Part shown: positions 1-11,569 of the stretch, piece by piece | Position numbering within the stretch: the first letter of the stretch is position 1 | Layout of the letters: each line of letters opens with the position of its first letter | Position numbers and translations under genes: made by a program | Origin: Octopus vulgaris | Lineage: Eukaryota | Assembly: GCA_951406725.2 (NCBI GenBank) | Contig: OX597817.1 | Coordinates: 69,874,001 to 69,938,000, forward strand | Length of the DNA: 64,000 nt | Reading direction: 5' to 3' | The notes under the pieces: generated by a model | What the model saw: the letters and a program-made list of their open reading frames with translations, nothing else | Told to the model about the DNA's origin: nothing | Database searches by the model: none

Positions 1-1030
1 AAAGATGAAGGGGCCACTTTCAATTTCATCGTTGCAGTATCGGCACTTTAGGTCTATACCATTTTTAATCACTTTAGCTTGGTAGTTCTGGGTCAATAGG
101 CTCTGACCTTGAGCAGCCAAGATAAAGCCTTCACTCTCTGCCTTTATCCCTGAGCCCTGTAGCTACTGATGGGTGTTCTTCTGGTCTACATCAGCTTGTT
201 TAGTACGGGCCACATATGCAGAGATTTTTGTTCCCACCTATCAGCCAATTGTTCAAGCGCTTTTTGCTTTGCCATTTATTTCACCTTCTTTGCAACTACA
301 GTTGCCGCACTTCCATCATGCTGTGCAATTTAGATATTATGCATGAACTCATTAGTAAACTTTTTGCTCTCCTCCATGACAGAATAAAGCTTTTTACGTC
401 TCCCGTGGTCCTTAACGAGCTTTAGCATCCGGTCGTTAGATGTTTCAAGATATTTGGCCACTCCAATTGTGGTGGTTTTGTAAGAGATTTCAAATTGGAT
501 CCAGCCTCGACCTCCTTGGGCTCTGAGAAAGCAAAGACGATTTTGCGTCTGCCTTTGGGTGATGCATCTTATAGTTTTGGGGAAATTTGGTTTCATTATT
601 CTTCGGAAGTAGGTAATACCTCTTGGTAACCAATCAGGTGTTTTCTTAGGATCTCTCATAATTTCATTCAATTACTGAACTAACTTTTCGTGTACGCACA
701 GGAGCGATGCAAGCCAGAAATTTGGCACTGTATCATTACCAGGGGATTTCCAATTATGAGCCTTCTGGGTGTCATCTTTAGGTCTGCTATTGTGATGTCT
801 TCCGATGCTTGTTTTGGTAAATTTTGGAAGGATTTTTTGTGCGTCTGATCCAGTCTGCATTTTCATTGTATGTCTTTTCGTCACGCCAGATATTTTCCCA
901 AAAGTTTTCAACTTCTTCCATGAGAGTGGGGTCGCTAAGCCTCTGCAACCCTTGTAATCGGAGGGGGCCTCCGCGTTTGAAGGGCCGAAGGTTTAGATCA
1001 AAGTACATAGATGAGCCATCTATTTACTTA
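1..1030 (-). mobile_element. Decayed R4/Dong-type non-LTR retrotransposon (REL clade), RT-proximal region to zinc knuckle, RT core internally deleted
   Basis: Minus-strand translation gives EEVENFWENIW, HNWKSPGNDTVPNFWL, PDWLPRGITY, then GGRG, SEGFILAAQGQSLLT and KCRYC, which are typical R4/Dong ORF motifs; multiple stops and frameshifts. Confidence 0.85.
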
Positions 1031-1336
1031 GGTTAAGATGTTAACTGAAAACTTCAAACCAGACGAGGAAAAATATACAAGGGTGTACCGTAAGTAAATT
1101 TAAAAGAAACGAAAAAAGTAAATGAAAAAAAGCTTGTCAATGAATTCCCATTCCTTGGGGAGATAAAAGAAAAACGAAAGAAATCCAAAACAATGAAAAT
1201 AAGAACAACTTCAAAAGAAAAGACAAGAAAAAGAAGCAATCGTGATGAAAGGTGGGGATGTATACTTATACATAAATATAAACATACACATAGAGGCATA
1301 CGCACACATATTTATTCATAGATACCTAAATACATC

Positions 1337-1556
1337 TATCCATCCATCAATCCATCCATCCATACATACGTACATACATACATACATACATACATACATA
1401 CATACATACATACATACATACATACATACATACATACATACATCGACTGGCTTTTTTGAGTTTCCATTCTACCAAATCCATTCACAAGGCTTTGGCCAGC
1501 TCGGGTTCCTAGATAGATAGACAAACAGAAAGACATACAGACAGACAGACAGACAA

Positions 1557-1627
<71 letters not shown>
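1337..1627. repeat. Compound microsatellite (CATC)n-(TACA)n, short SINE fragment (1441-1505), (GATA)n
   Basis: Directly visible tetranucleotide arrays; 1441-1505 resembles the taccaaatccactcacaaggctttgg segment of SINE family A. Confidence 0.9.
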
Positions 1628-1628
<1 letters not shown>

Positions 1629-1629
1629 G

Positions 1630-2500
1630 CATACAATTGGCTTCAAGTCTATTAGCAGCTGCGTAAATAATTTCGCTTAACAAGGTGAAATCAGGTTTTA
1701 GTCCTTGTATGATTTCTTTTGTTACATAGTTGCCAATTATCATTTTTATTTTCTATTTTGGATTGAGAGTTTGTGAAGATATTCTCTATCATGTATATTG
1801 GCATGTCTTACAACTGCAAGCTTATTCAGGATTTTCTGCTTCATTTCTCTCATATACTCTCTATGTTCTTCAGTAAATGTGTGATCTTCAAGTATTGTTT
1901 CGTTATCACCTTCCTCGCTCGTTTTATCAGGTTCATTACAATTCACTTCTTCAGACATTTGCGTGTTCAGGTCAGATGGCAGTCTTTCAGTTGAGACTTG
2001 TGGAGAGTTGCTCCCTTCGTGTGGTTCTTCACTTCCTTTCTGTCATATATTTAGGTCATTTTCCGCTGTGCGCTTGATCGCGGTTAATTCACTGAGTCTA
2101 TTATTTCTAAAGATATCCCTCCTAACATTTGGTAACAAATATAGTGTGCTCTCTCGATTTCGTATTCTCCATATTTGATAAGAGTGTGTGGTGTGTTTCT
2201 CTTAAGATGGTCTACCTTAATGCATAGTAATAAGCGTATATATACTCTACTCGGGTCCTTTTGATCGTCTTACATTTTTCTGTTTGTGGTGCGTGTGGTG
2301 GTGAGCTTGTTGGGCTTCAGTTAGGGTAGTTCTCGTTCAAGTGACCATCCAGGTACGTATTCAGAGAAGAGTGTGTGCCAGTGGATGACTTTTTGACCTC
2401 ACACTGGCACTCTCATGGGGTACGCGATTGCAAATTAACCATAGGTCAAGCGATGTGGTGTACCGTAGTAGTTTTCCTTTTTGTTTTGTTAGACATATTT
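1630..2500 (-). mobile_element. N-terminal/5' part of an R4/Dong-type LINE, probably the same copy as 1-1030
   Basis: Minus frames give EIIYAAA, IWRIRN..NVRRDIFRNNRLSEL and AYYYAL-like segments resembling R4/Dong N-termini; candidate ATG at about 2496. Confidence 0.6.
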
Positions 2501-2644
2501 GTGCTACACTAAAGTTATTAGTATTGAATCCTGTGTGGAAGACGTAGAGATGGTTGTTGTCTCTGCCACTATTGTCAACTCTGCCATTAATACCGTTACA
2601 ATTACTTCAAACTTGCCATTACGACATTGTTCAGCGTTAGTTAC

Positions 2645-3427
2645 TTGTACTTGTACTTGTGACGGCGTTCACCCAGGGCGGGTTGAGCCGGCTTCTCCTC
2701 TGGCCCTAACGGCATCACGAACCATGGCGTCCCACGCTCGACGGTCTTGTGCGAGGCCACTGGAGATAGCAAGCCATTCGCGGTTCCATCTGCACAAACC
2801 GACCACCTGCGGACCTGAGAGTTCGGACAAGTCCTCCTTTATCGTCATTGCCCAGGTATTCAGTTGCCCCCCCATCGCCCGTGCGTTTGCGCCAGGTGGG
2901 AAGTCGAGGTGAGAGGAGGACATCGGGAATCAGTTCATCCTCTGCACGCCGGGCCGCATGACCGAACCACCTTAAGCTCCGTTGTAGAAGCACCGAAGGG
3001 AGGGGCCGGGGATTCAGGTGATGACGAAGACCGGCTGTAGGAAACCGATCAATGCGTCGGCAGCGAAGATTGCGGCGGAGACAGTCATTGTCGAACACCT
3101 CCAGCCTTCGCTGATCGACTACCCTCATAGGCCATGTTTCACAACCATAGAGGAGGATAGTACGAACGACGGCCTGGTAGATTCGCCCTTTGGTCACCGA
3201 GGAGATCTCTCTTCTGTCCCACAGGCACCGCTGGAGGTGCACGAATGCGGATCTGGCAGCACCTATGCGACGCTCGACCTCAACTGCGCTCTGGCCCGTT
3301 GGAACCACTGTTGAACCCAGGTAGACGAAGGACTCCACATCCTCCAGCTCCACGCCCTCGAGAATGATTGGCTGCCATTCATCTGCTACGACCAGACACG
3401 TCATCATTTTGGTTTTGCCAGCATTGC
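2645..3427 (-). mobile_element. 5'-truncated RTE-clade LINE (RT C-terminus) with (ACAAGT)n tail and target-site duplication
   Basis: ORF 2715-3512 has VESFVYLGS, IYQAVVRTILLYGCETW and LRWFGHAARR; tail ACTTGT x3 at 2643-2660; TSD cagc(g/a)ttagttac at 2632-2644 and 3428-3440. Confidence 0.92.
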
Positions 3428-3667
3428 CAGCATTAGTTACCACCAATAGTGCATTGGTTTGTATCGTTGTGGCTAACCTTTGTAGCCATGGTGATAGTGT
3501 AACCGTTATCATTGTTGCTGTAGGATATAGATAAGTCTGCCATACAACTAAAATATTATTACATGTTGCTTAGTTTCGACTTTTGCCTTGTACTTGAGAT
3601 AATCATAAATAGGCCAGGGTTGGAGATAATTGGAGGAAGAGAAGTAGCTTAGTGAACAAACAATTAG

Positions 3668-3669
3668 AC

Positions 3670-3715
<46 letters not shown>

Positions 3716-3727
3716 GTTATTATTATT

Positions 3728-3825
<98 letters not shown>

Positions 3826-3903
3826 TATCATTGTTGTTGTTGTTGTCGTCGTCGTCATCATCATCATCATCATCATCATTATTATTATTATTATTATTAT
3901 TAC

Positions 3904-3945
<42 letters not shown>

Positions 3946-3957
3946 CATTATTATTAT
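3668..3957. repeat. Compound (TAT)n/(TATCAT)n/(TGT)n/(CAT)n microsatellite
   Basis: Directly visible; source of the poly-N/Y/I/L ORFs. Confidence 0.97.
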
Positions 3958-3959
3958 AT

Positions 3960-4340
3960 GGAGGCACAATGGCCCAGTGGTTAGGCCAGCGGACTCGCGG
4001 TCGTAGGATCGCGGTTTCGATTCCCAGACCGGGCGTTGTGAGTGTTTATTGAGCGAAAACATCTAAAGCTCCACGAGGCTCCGGCAGGGATGGTGGTGAT
4101 CCCTGCTGTACTCTTTCACCACAACTTTCTCTCACTCTTACTTCCTGTTTCTGTTGTACCTGTATTTCAAAGGGCCGGCCTTGTCACTCTCTGTGTCACG
4201 CTGAATATCCCCGAGAACTACGTTAAGGGTACACGTGTCTGTGGAGTGCTCAGCCACTTACACGTTAATTTCACGAGCAGGCTGTTCCGTTGATCGGATC
4301 AACCGGAACACTCATCGTCGTAACCGACGGAGTGCTTCCC
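3960..4340 (+). mobile_element. tRNA-derived SINE family B (full length), inserted in (TAT)n
   Basis: A box tggcccagtgg and B box ggtttcgattccc; same head recurs at 19810-20115, 27580-27632 and 42560-42826. Resembles octopus tRNA-derived SINEs (family name not certain). Confidence 0.88.
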
Positions 4341-7104
4341 ATTATTATTACTATTATGATTATTATTATTATTATTATTATTATTATTGTTATCATCCTT
4401 ATTATAATTTAGTAGTCTCATTTTTATCACATGCTTTCACTGCACTACTGAACGCAGCTCTGTAAACCTTAGCTGTGTGCTGTAGTTTGTTCTGATGCTC
4501 TTAATTTTACTGTATTGAAAGTGTTTTACGTAGGATGTGTGCGGTGCCTAGTAATGCTACTTTCTGTATGTTATATATACTTGTTAGTCCTGACGTTTTT
4601 GTTATGTTTTTGTTATGTTCGTTTATCATACCTGGTGCGCCTACTGTGTGAGGAATTGTTTCTGTTTTTAGACTCCACATTCGAGTTACCTCTCTTTCCA
4701 GATCTTCGTATTTTGAAAGATTCTCTGTTTCTTTTAAAGAAACATTGTCACCTGTTGGTATTGATACATAGATTAGAAAGCGTTAAAAATTTTTTTGGGT
4801 GATCTCTGACAACTATATCCGGCCTACTGGTCTTAATTTCTCTATCTGTGAGTATTGGCATATCCCAGAGTATGGCTGCTTTCTCATTTCCTGTGAACTT
4901 TTCTGGCGTGTGCCTATACCATCTTTTTTCTGTTGTTATTCCATAGTGTTGGCATAGCTTCCAGTGTATATAGGTCCAGACTTTGTCGCGTCAGTGAATA
5001 TATTCCTTCTTAGCCAGGCCTGGGTAGCCAGAGACAATATGATTTATTGCTTCTTGTCCATCTCCACATATTCTGCAGTTATGTGTATTTCTTTTCATTA
5101 CACGTTTTTGGTAATTTCTGGTGGGAAGGCTTTAAACATGTGCTGCAATTAAAAATCCATCAGTCTCTGCATTGGGTTCTGAGCTTCTTAACCATTGTTG
5201 GGATTTTGCCTTTTCTATTCCTTTTCTGTTTAGTTTAACCGAGTATTTGCAATGAAGGGGCTTTTCTTGCCATCGTTTTATCATGTTCCGTTGCTGTTCC
5301 AGCATTAGTTTGGATTTCACTTGTTTTACTGCTTTTGTTGTTTCTTTTTTTTTTTTCATAGCTGTTAGGTACTATGACTCCTTTTTTGTATATGTCAGCT
5401 TCCTTAAAGTCTGAAAACAGTTTTTTGGGGTTTTTTTTCGTGTTTTGTGGTTATTTGTATTAGTTTTCCTTGCTTCTGAGTAGGTATTTCTGTAGTCCTA
5501 TGGTGGTTATTTTGTAATATTTTTCTAGCTGTATAAGGCCTCTGCCACCTTCAATACGTTGTATATATAACCGTTCTATGTCAGATTTTGGATGGTGCAT
5601 CCTAAATGCCGTCGTTATTTTTCCAGTTAAGAATATTGTAGCTGTAACTTATAACTGGGACGGCCAGGGTGTTGATACCTATTATCTTGCTTTTTCGCAT
5701 TGAGCTCTATTTTCAGTATTAATCTAAAGCGTCTATTGTATTCCTTTCTTATCTTCTCTTTCATTTGTGTGTGTTGTATCGTATCTAATTCATTGATTCC
5801 TAAGTACTTTGTATGTCTGACTCTGGTCTAATTCTGTTATTTCATTTACTTTATCTAGTGTGATGCTGCTACTCTTAACTAGTTTTCCTCTTTTCAAGTT
5901 TATTTTGGCACATTTTTCTAAGCCAAATTTCATGTTTATTTCTTTGGTAAATCCATGTACTGTCAGCAGTAATGTTTCCAGCTGTTCATCAATTGTAGCG
6001 TACAGTTTTAAATCATCTATATATAAGAGGTGGCTAACTTTTTTGCCGTAACAGCTGTGTCCACATCCAGTTCTGTTTAGCGCGTCAGATAAAGGTGCCA
6101 GTGCCAAGCAAAAATGGAATGGTGAGTGTGTCTCTCTCTGGAATATTCATCTTCTTATGGAGATGGCTTTGGTTTTTATGAATCCCTCTTTTGTCTGGAG
6201 CTGTAGCACAATCTGCCATTTATTCATAGAATGTTTTATATATTTTATGATTATTGGTGCTACCTTCTTCATGGCTAGTGTTTCTCGGATCCCTGTATGG
6301 GGAATACTGTCAAAAGCCTTTCAGGAATCGATCCAAGCCATACTTAGACACTTTTTCTTTATTCGGCTGTCTACAGTTATGGCTTTATTGATCAATAGCT
6401 GATCTTTACAGCTGTATGAGCCCTTGCATCATCCTTCTGATCTTCTGGAAACAGGTTGTTTTCTTCCAGATATTTGCTCATTCTCTCCGATATTATTCCA
6501 GTAAAAGCTATGTAAATTGTAGGGAGACAAGTTATCGGTCTGTGATTTTGTGGGTTTACCGTTTCAGTAGATTTGGGAATTAGAATAGTTTTCTCTTCCG
6601 TGAGCCATTCAGGCATTGTCTCTGGCTGTGCTAGTATTTCATTTCATTTCTCAGCCAGCTTTTTATATGTTCCTGTTAAGTATTTTTATCAGAAGTTGGG
6701 GATTTTGTTCCCGGGTGCCTTCCAGTTGCTTAGTTTTTGCAGTGCCCGGGTGACATCTGCAGTTGTTATAAGGATCCAGAGTTGTTCATGTACTGTGATC
6801 GTTGTTGTGATAGATTGTTGCTCAGGTTGTTCCTTCGCCGATCATATTTCTTTTCAAAATTCTTCCACTTCTTCTGCATATTTTATTTTTGCTAAGTTCG
6901 TGGAGGAATATTTTGGGGTTGAGTTGAACTGTTTGTTTTGTTCAAAGAAATGTTGGCGTTTCTCATATCGGCGGATTCTTTATGCTTTGGCGAGGATATA
7001 TTGGTTTAGCTGTTCTTTTACTTCAGGTATACCTAGTTCTGTAATATTGTATTTATGTAGTATTTTTCTTTTTTTGTTGCTTAGTAGTGTTGATTGTCTA
7101 CTAG
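4341..7104 (-). mobile_element. Decayed 5'-truncated R4/Dong LINE: RT, CCHC knuckle, REL endonuclease, 3'UTR, (TAA)n tail
   Basis: Minus motifs RPITCLPT, KAFDSIP, HLLYIDDLKLY, FGLEKCA, ETDGFLIAA, CRICG..HIVSG, RPDIV and QKVALLGTAHILRKTL; ends in a TAT array at 4341-4405. Confidence 0.92.
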
Positions 7105-9900
7105 TTTCATACTACATGAGTAATGCTTTCCGCTTTCAATTTGCATAATCTACATTGGGAATCTACTTGGTTTTTGACTATCTTGATTTTTATCCAATTA
7201 GTTCTTAATGCTTGATCATGTGCAGCTACTAACAAACTTTCTGTCTCCCTCTTCAGTTTTCCTTTCTGCAGCTATAACCTTGTTTCACTACTACTATTTG
7301 CTGCAGCTATGTTTGGGAATCTACCATGTAATGCCTTCTCCTCTCAGTCAGATAAGTTTTGTTATTTTTTCTGGTTTTTAACTTCGTTAGGTGCTTTGGT
7401 TTCACCATGCCTTGCTGTGGCTCTAGTAGCTTTTAATAAACTTTCTTCGCTATTACCTATATAGGAGTCTATATCCACTCTAGCTAACTCCACGCAGTCT
7501 TCTACTGATATTATCTGTAATCCAATTTCTTTTCTAGGTAGGTATAATATGCTACTCCTGCCCTTGGAAGGAGTCCTGCATTCATATTGAATTCCTTCCT
7601 ATTTCTTCTGGCTAGCTTTGCTAATTCAGTTTTTGTCCAATCTGCAAAAGCTTCTAAGTATCTAAGAAATGATACTGTCCAAGTATTTACAGCCTTCACT
7701 AGATTCGGACCATTTAGCTTTGACTTCATTAGCTTCCTCACCCTTCTGATGTACTCCTCAATTTTCGTTTTCATTTCTATAGTTAGTACTCTGTCAGATT
7801 CTAATACTCCTAGATACTTATAATTCTCTCCTCCTTTCAATGATTTTAATGTCTGACCATCTGGTAATTGGATGTCTTCACTGTTGACTACCTGTCCCCT
7901 TCTCATGACTAATATTGCACTCTTATCTATGTCAAATTTCATGCCTATATCTTCGCTGAAGAGTCTTACAGCCTGTATTAAGGAATTTATCTCTTTTTCA
8001 TTCATACTAAAAAGCTTCAGATCATCCATGTAGAGCAAATGGTTAATTTTTCCATTACTGTTTCTGCACTGATACCCTGCCTTTGCTTTCCTTAATACTA
8101 AACTGAGGAAGATTAAACATAAGACAAATATTAAAGGGGACAACGAATCCCCCCTGGAAAATTCCTCTTTTGATATTAACTTTCTCTAACAGTGTGTCAC
8201 CTGAGTACAGATCTACATCCGATTTCTTTATGCTACAGCTAATTAATTCTCTTATGTTGTCTGCTATACTGAATATACTCAAACATCTGCTTATCCATGA
8301 GTGTGGGATCATGGCATAGGCTTTCCTATAATCCATTCATGCTATCGTTAGAGTTTTCTTTGTAACTTTTATTTCATTTAGAACTGCTTTGTCTATATAT
8401 GATAGATCATGCGTTCCTCTAGCCTTCTTGCAACCTTTCTGTTCTTCTAGTAGTAAATTCTGGTTGTCAAGGTGCTCGTATATGCTTTTTGAAAGCATTC
8501 CTGTTAACAGCTTCCACACTAATGGTAAGCGAGTGATTGGTCTATAGTTGCTCGCTGTATTAGCCTCGCGCATATCCTACATAATGAGTATTGTCCTCCC
8601 TCTAGTCATCCAATCTGGTATTATTCCTCCATTAAGGCAATCTTGAAGTTGTTCCTCTCAGCCTCACATGTAAACTACTGAATTTCTTTAACCAGTACCC
8701 TTGAACTAAATTTGTTCTTGGGCCCTTTCATTTCGGTTTTTCCTAGCAATTTATTCATTAATGCACTACTTAATCTTAGATCTGGCTGCTTCTCTCTCAC
8801 TACTTCTTCCTTTCTTTTTAACCATATTGCATCTCCATTATGATTGACTGGCTTATCCCAAATATTACTCCAGAACTTTCTAGCTTCCTCTGCATTAAGT
8901 TTCTCATTTTCAATACTTCTTTCTCCACTATTTATTTGGTTATGAAATCTCCTCTGGTTTGTCTCAACTAATCTGTTCTGTTGATATTGAGCTATTCTTT
9001 TCTGATATCTGGAGATCTTGCCTGGTACTGCTATGATACGCTGTTTCAATTCTTCTATTATTGTCCCAAATCTTTTCTCTTTGACTAAGTATCTTTCCTC
9101 GAGGCAAGATTTGCATCTTGTGTTTCCAGACTTGCTTGTTTTCAAGGCCTCTATTCTACCCAGATCTTTTCTTAAAGTTTTCACTTCATTTTGTAGTTTC
9201 CTTTTCTACGTTTGCTCTTTTTTAATCTTTCCCTGTGAGATATCCAATCTTCTAGTGACTACTACCCCTCCTTCATAGCTCAATAAGTTAGTATCTTCTT
9301 CATTTCTAGTATCTATACTACTGATAACAGAATCTACTTTCCTAGTCATTTCTTGTAGCTTCCTTCTGTTGGTGCTTTTAATGCTGGCAATAGTTTTCTT
9401 ACTTCTTTACTCATTCCTTCCTGCAGCTCACCTAAAATCTTCTGATCTTCTTCACTTAAATCATTTAAGTCGTTGGTGTCAATTATCCATTCCTTATTGG
9501 TAGCGCTATTATTATTTTTTTCCTTTAGGCTCTTCTTTTTCTTCCTTGGTTTTAGCTTTATCTATTATGTTGTTAGTCTTTCCTACTGCCTGGTCATTCT
9601 TTTCCAGTTCTCTTGTGATCTCTTCTACCTCTAATTCTGTCACTCTCTTACTTCTAATAGCATTATCTTGATCAACTAATCTCTGCTCAGTCACTTTAAA
9701 CACACCCTTCTTTACGCAGCCCCCTTTTTCGGTTCATATTCTAAGTAGCACTGTATCACTATCGTGTATTCTTCGCTGGTCCACTTCCTCCTCTTTGCTC
9801 TATTATCTGCTGATGCTGTATTAGGATGACAGCTGTGGTCATTCTGCATCTTTGCTGATCCATTGCGGAGCGAGAAATCTTCCCTTAAAGGTCCAGCTTA
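7105..9900 (-). mobile_element. Another R4/Dong-type LINE copy from N-terminus to zinc knuckle, 3' end lost
   Basis: Minus motifs KWTSEEY, FWSNIWD, NYRPITRLP, IFQG, HLLYMDDLKLF, YKYLGVLE, ETESLLVAAHDQALRTN and CRLC..ESITHVV; sequence distinct from the 4341-7104 copy. Confidence 0.9.
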
Positions 9901-10407
9901 ATTTTCGCTGTTACAACCAGGGTTCGTCGGAAACTCCTGTCTCTTATAAACTGAAGTAAGATAACGTTCGTCACCATCGTTAACACCCCTATTATTTTTC
10001 GACATCTTGTGGGTAATAAAAAATCAATTTTTCGACATCTGAAAGGTTCAGGCAACTTTCTATTGTATCAGTTGTTGCACCTTTGTGCTGGTGGGGTGGT
10101 GTATTGCTGCATTTTTTTTTTACCTATTTTGGTGGGGGAATATCGTATTGTATCAGTATGTTTTATTATGGGGTTTTGTTTGAGTCTCCTGTTGTATTAG
10201 TTTTTATATTGTGTGTTGTTTGTGTAGCGCAGGTTGTGTTCTTCTGTCAGGTATTGACCTTCTATTACACATGTAGGTTTTGTTCATTTTGTTGGATATA
10301 TACAATATGAGTTTATTCTTGTATGTTTTTCGAGGAGTGTTGCATAATAGTATTTATAAATATTCGTCCTCCGTTCTTTTACTTGGTTTTGTTATGGGTT
10401 CCGTTAA

Positions 10408-10417
10408 CTATTATTAC

Positions 10418-10478
<61 letters not shown>

Positions 10479-10910
10479 TATTATTATCACTTTCATTATC
10501 ATCTTTCAATACTGTTTCTTTTCCTTGCCGAGTGCCTTCCTGACATCTAGGGCAGAGAAACGCACTGTATACATTTGTAGGCCATTAAAATAATCACAAC
10601 AAATTGTTCATTTACACAGTCATGTCATAGACAAAAGGGAAGAAAGACAGAGAGGAAAAAGGAAAAAATATGAATTATAAGAATAAACAAAGAAGATAAA
10701 GGGTAAAAGTGGAAAGAAAATTCACAGCGACAATGCTCTTCTCAATACGTGTGACGTACCAGTTAATACAACCTTTTGAACTTCTTATATGGATAGTAAT
10801 CCAGAGACCATTCTTAAATAATTTTCAGCTTATTTTTTGAACATTCCAAGTGCTCCGAGAAACACTGATATTGAAACCGTCTTGAAATGCCATCTTTGCT
10901 CCTACTACTG
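10408..10910 (-). mobile_element. 3' fragment of an R4/Dong LINE with (TAA)n tail
   Basis: Minus translation WHFKTVSISVFLGALG and EVQKVVLTGTSHVLRRAL (REL C-terminus); TAT array at 10408-10487. Confidence 0.8.
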
Positions 10911-11448
10911 TGTGGTATTATTAAATGTCGTTTAGTTCAACTTCTGTCCTGTACTTGAGATAATCATAAATATGTGAGGGTCGGAGGAGATAAGAGGAGA
11001 AAGAAATAGGCCAAATTTTACAGGTCTGTAAATAGGTTCGGCAGATGGTGAGAAGGTAATCAACAATGGGGCTTCGCATTCCTGTGTGATCAGGGGACAA
11101 AAGAAGCGTCGAACCCCGCTGTACTCTTTCACCACAACTTTCTTTCACTCTTTCTTCCTACTTCTGCCACAAAGCAGAGGAACCATGGTGTAACGCACTA
11201 TAGTGTGGTAAACTTTCAGATCCTAGTCTAGATTGCTAATCCTCTGTACCCCAGGATGGTTTGGCTCTCCACCCGTTAAACGCCACCGTTTACGGAATGA
11301 GGATAACAACGGAGTTTTCGCGCGCGTGCAACCGCCAGTCTATCGCGTGTGGTGGGTGGATCTTCAAGTTGCCGCTCGCATTCTTAGTAGCTTAGAGTAG
11401 GCTCTAATTAGAGATTCCTCTTTGTGGCTAATGGCGTTAGTCCTGATT

Positions 11449-11522
11449 GGAAGAAGAAGAAGAAGAAGAAGAAGAAGAAGAAGAAGAAGAAGAAGAAGAA
11501 GAAGAAGAAGAAGAAGAAGAAG

Positions 11523-11554
<32 letters not shown>

Positions 11555-11563
11555 GAAGAAGAA
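11449..11563. repeat. (GAA)n microsatellite
   Basis: Directly visible; source of the poly-E/F/L/S ORFs. Confidence 0.97.
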
Positions 11564-11569
11564 GACAAC

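Noticed and set aside
3960-4035. tRNA-like sequence (also 47581, 50000-50077)
   Set aside because: These are SINE heads: no proper acceptor stem, and they run into multi-copy SINE bodies.
3548-4062. Long low-complexity ORFs (poly-N/Y/I/L; likewise 11364-11745, 53798-55244 and others)
   Set aside because: They are translations of microsatellites with no coding signal.
9937-9948. CTGTCTCTTATA, matching the start of the Tn5/Nextera mosaic end
   Set aside because: Only 12 of 19 nt match before divergence; compatible with chance, though it lies near a LINE boundary.
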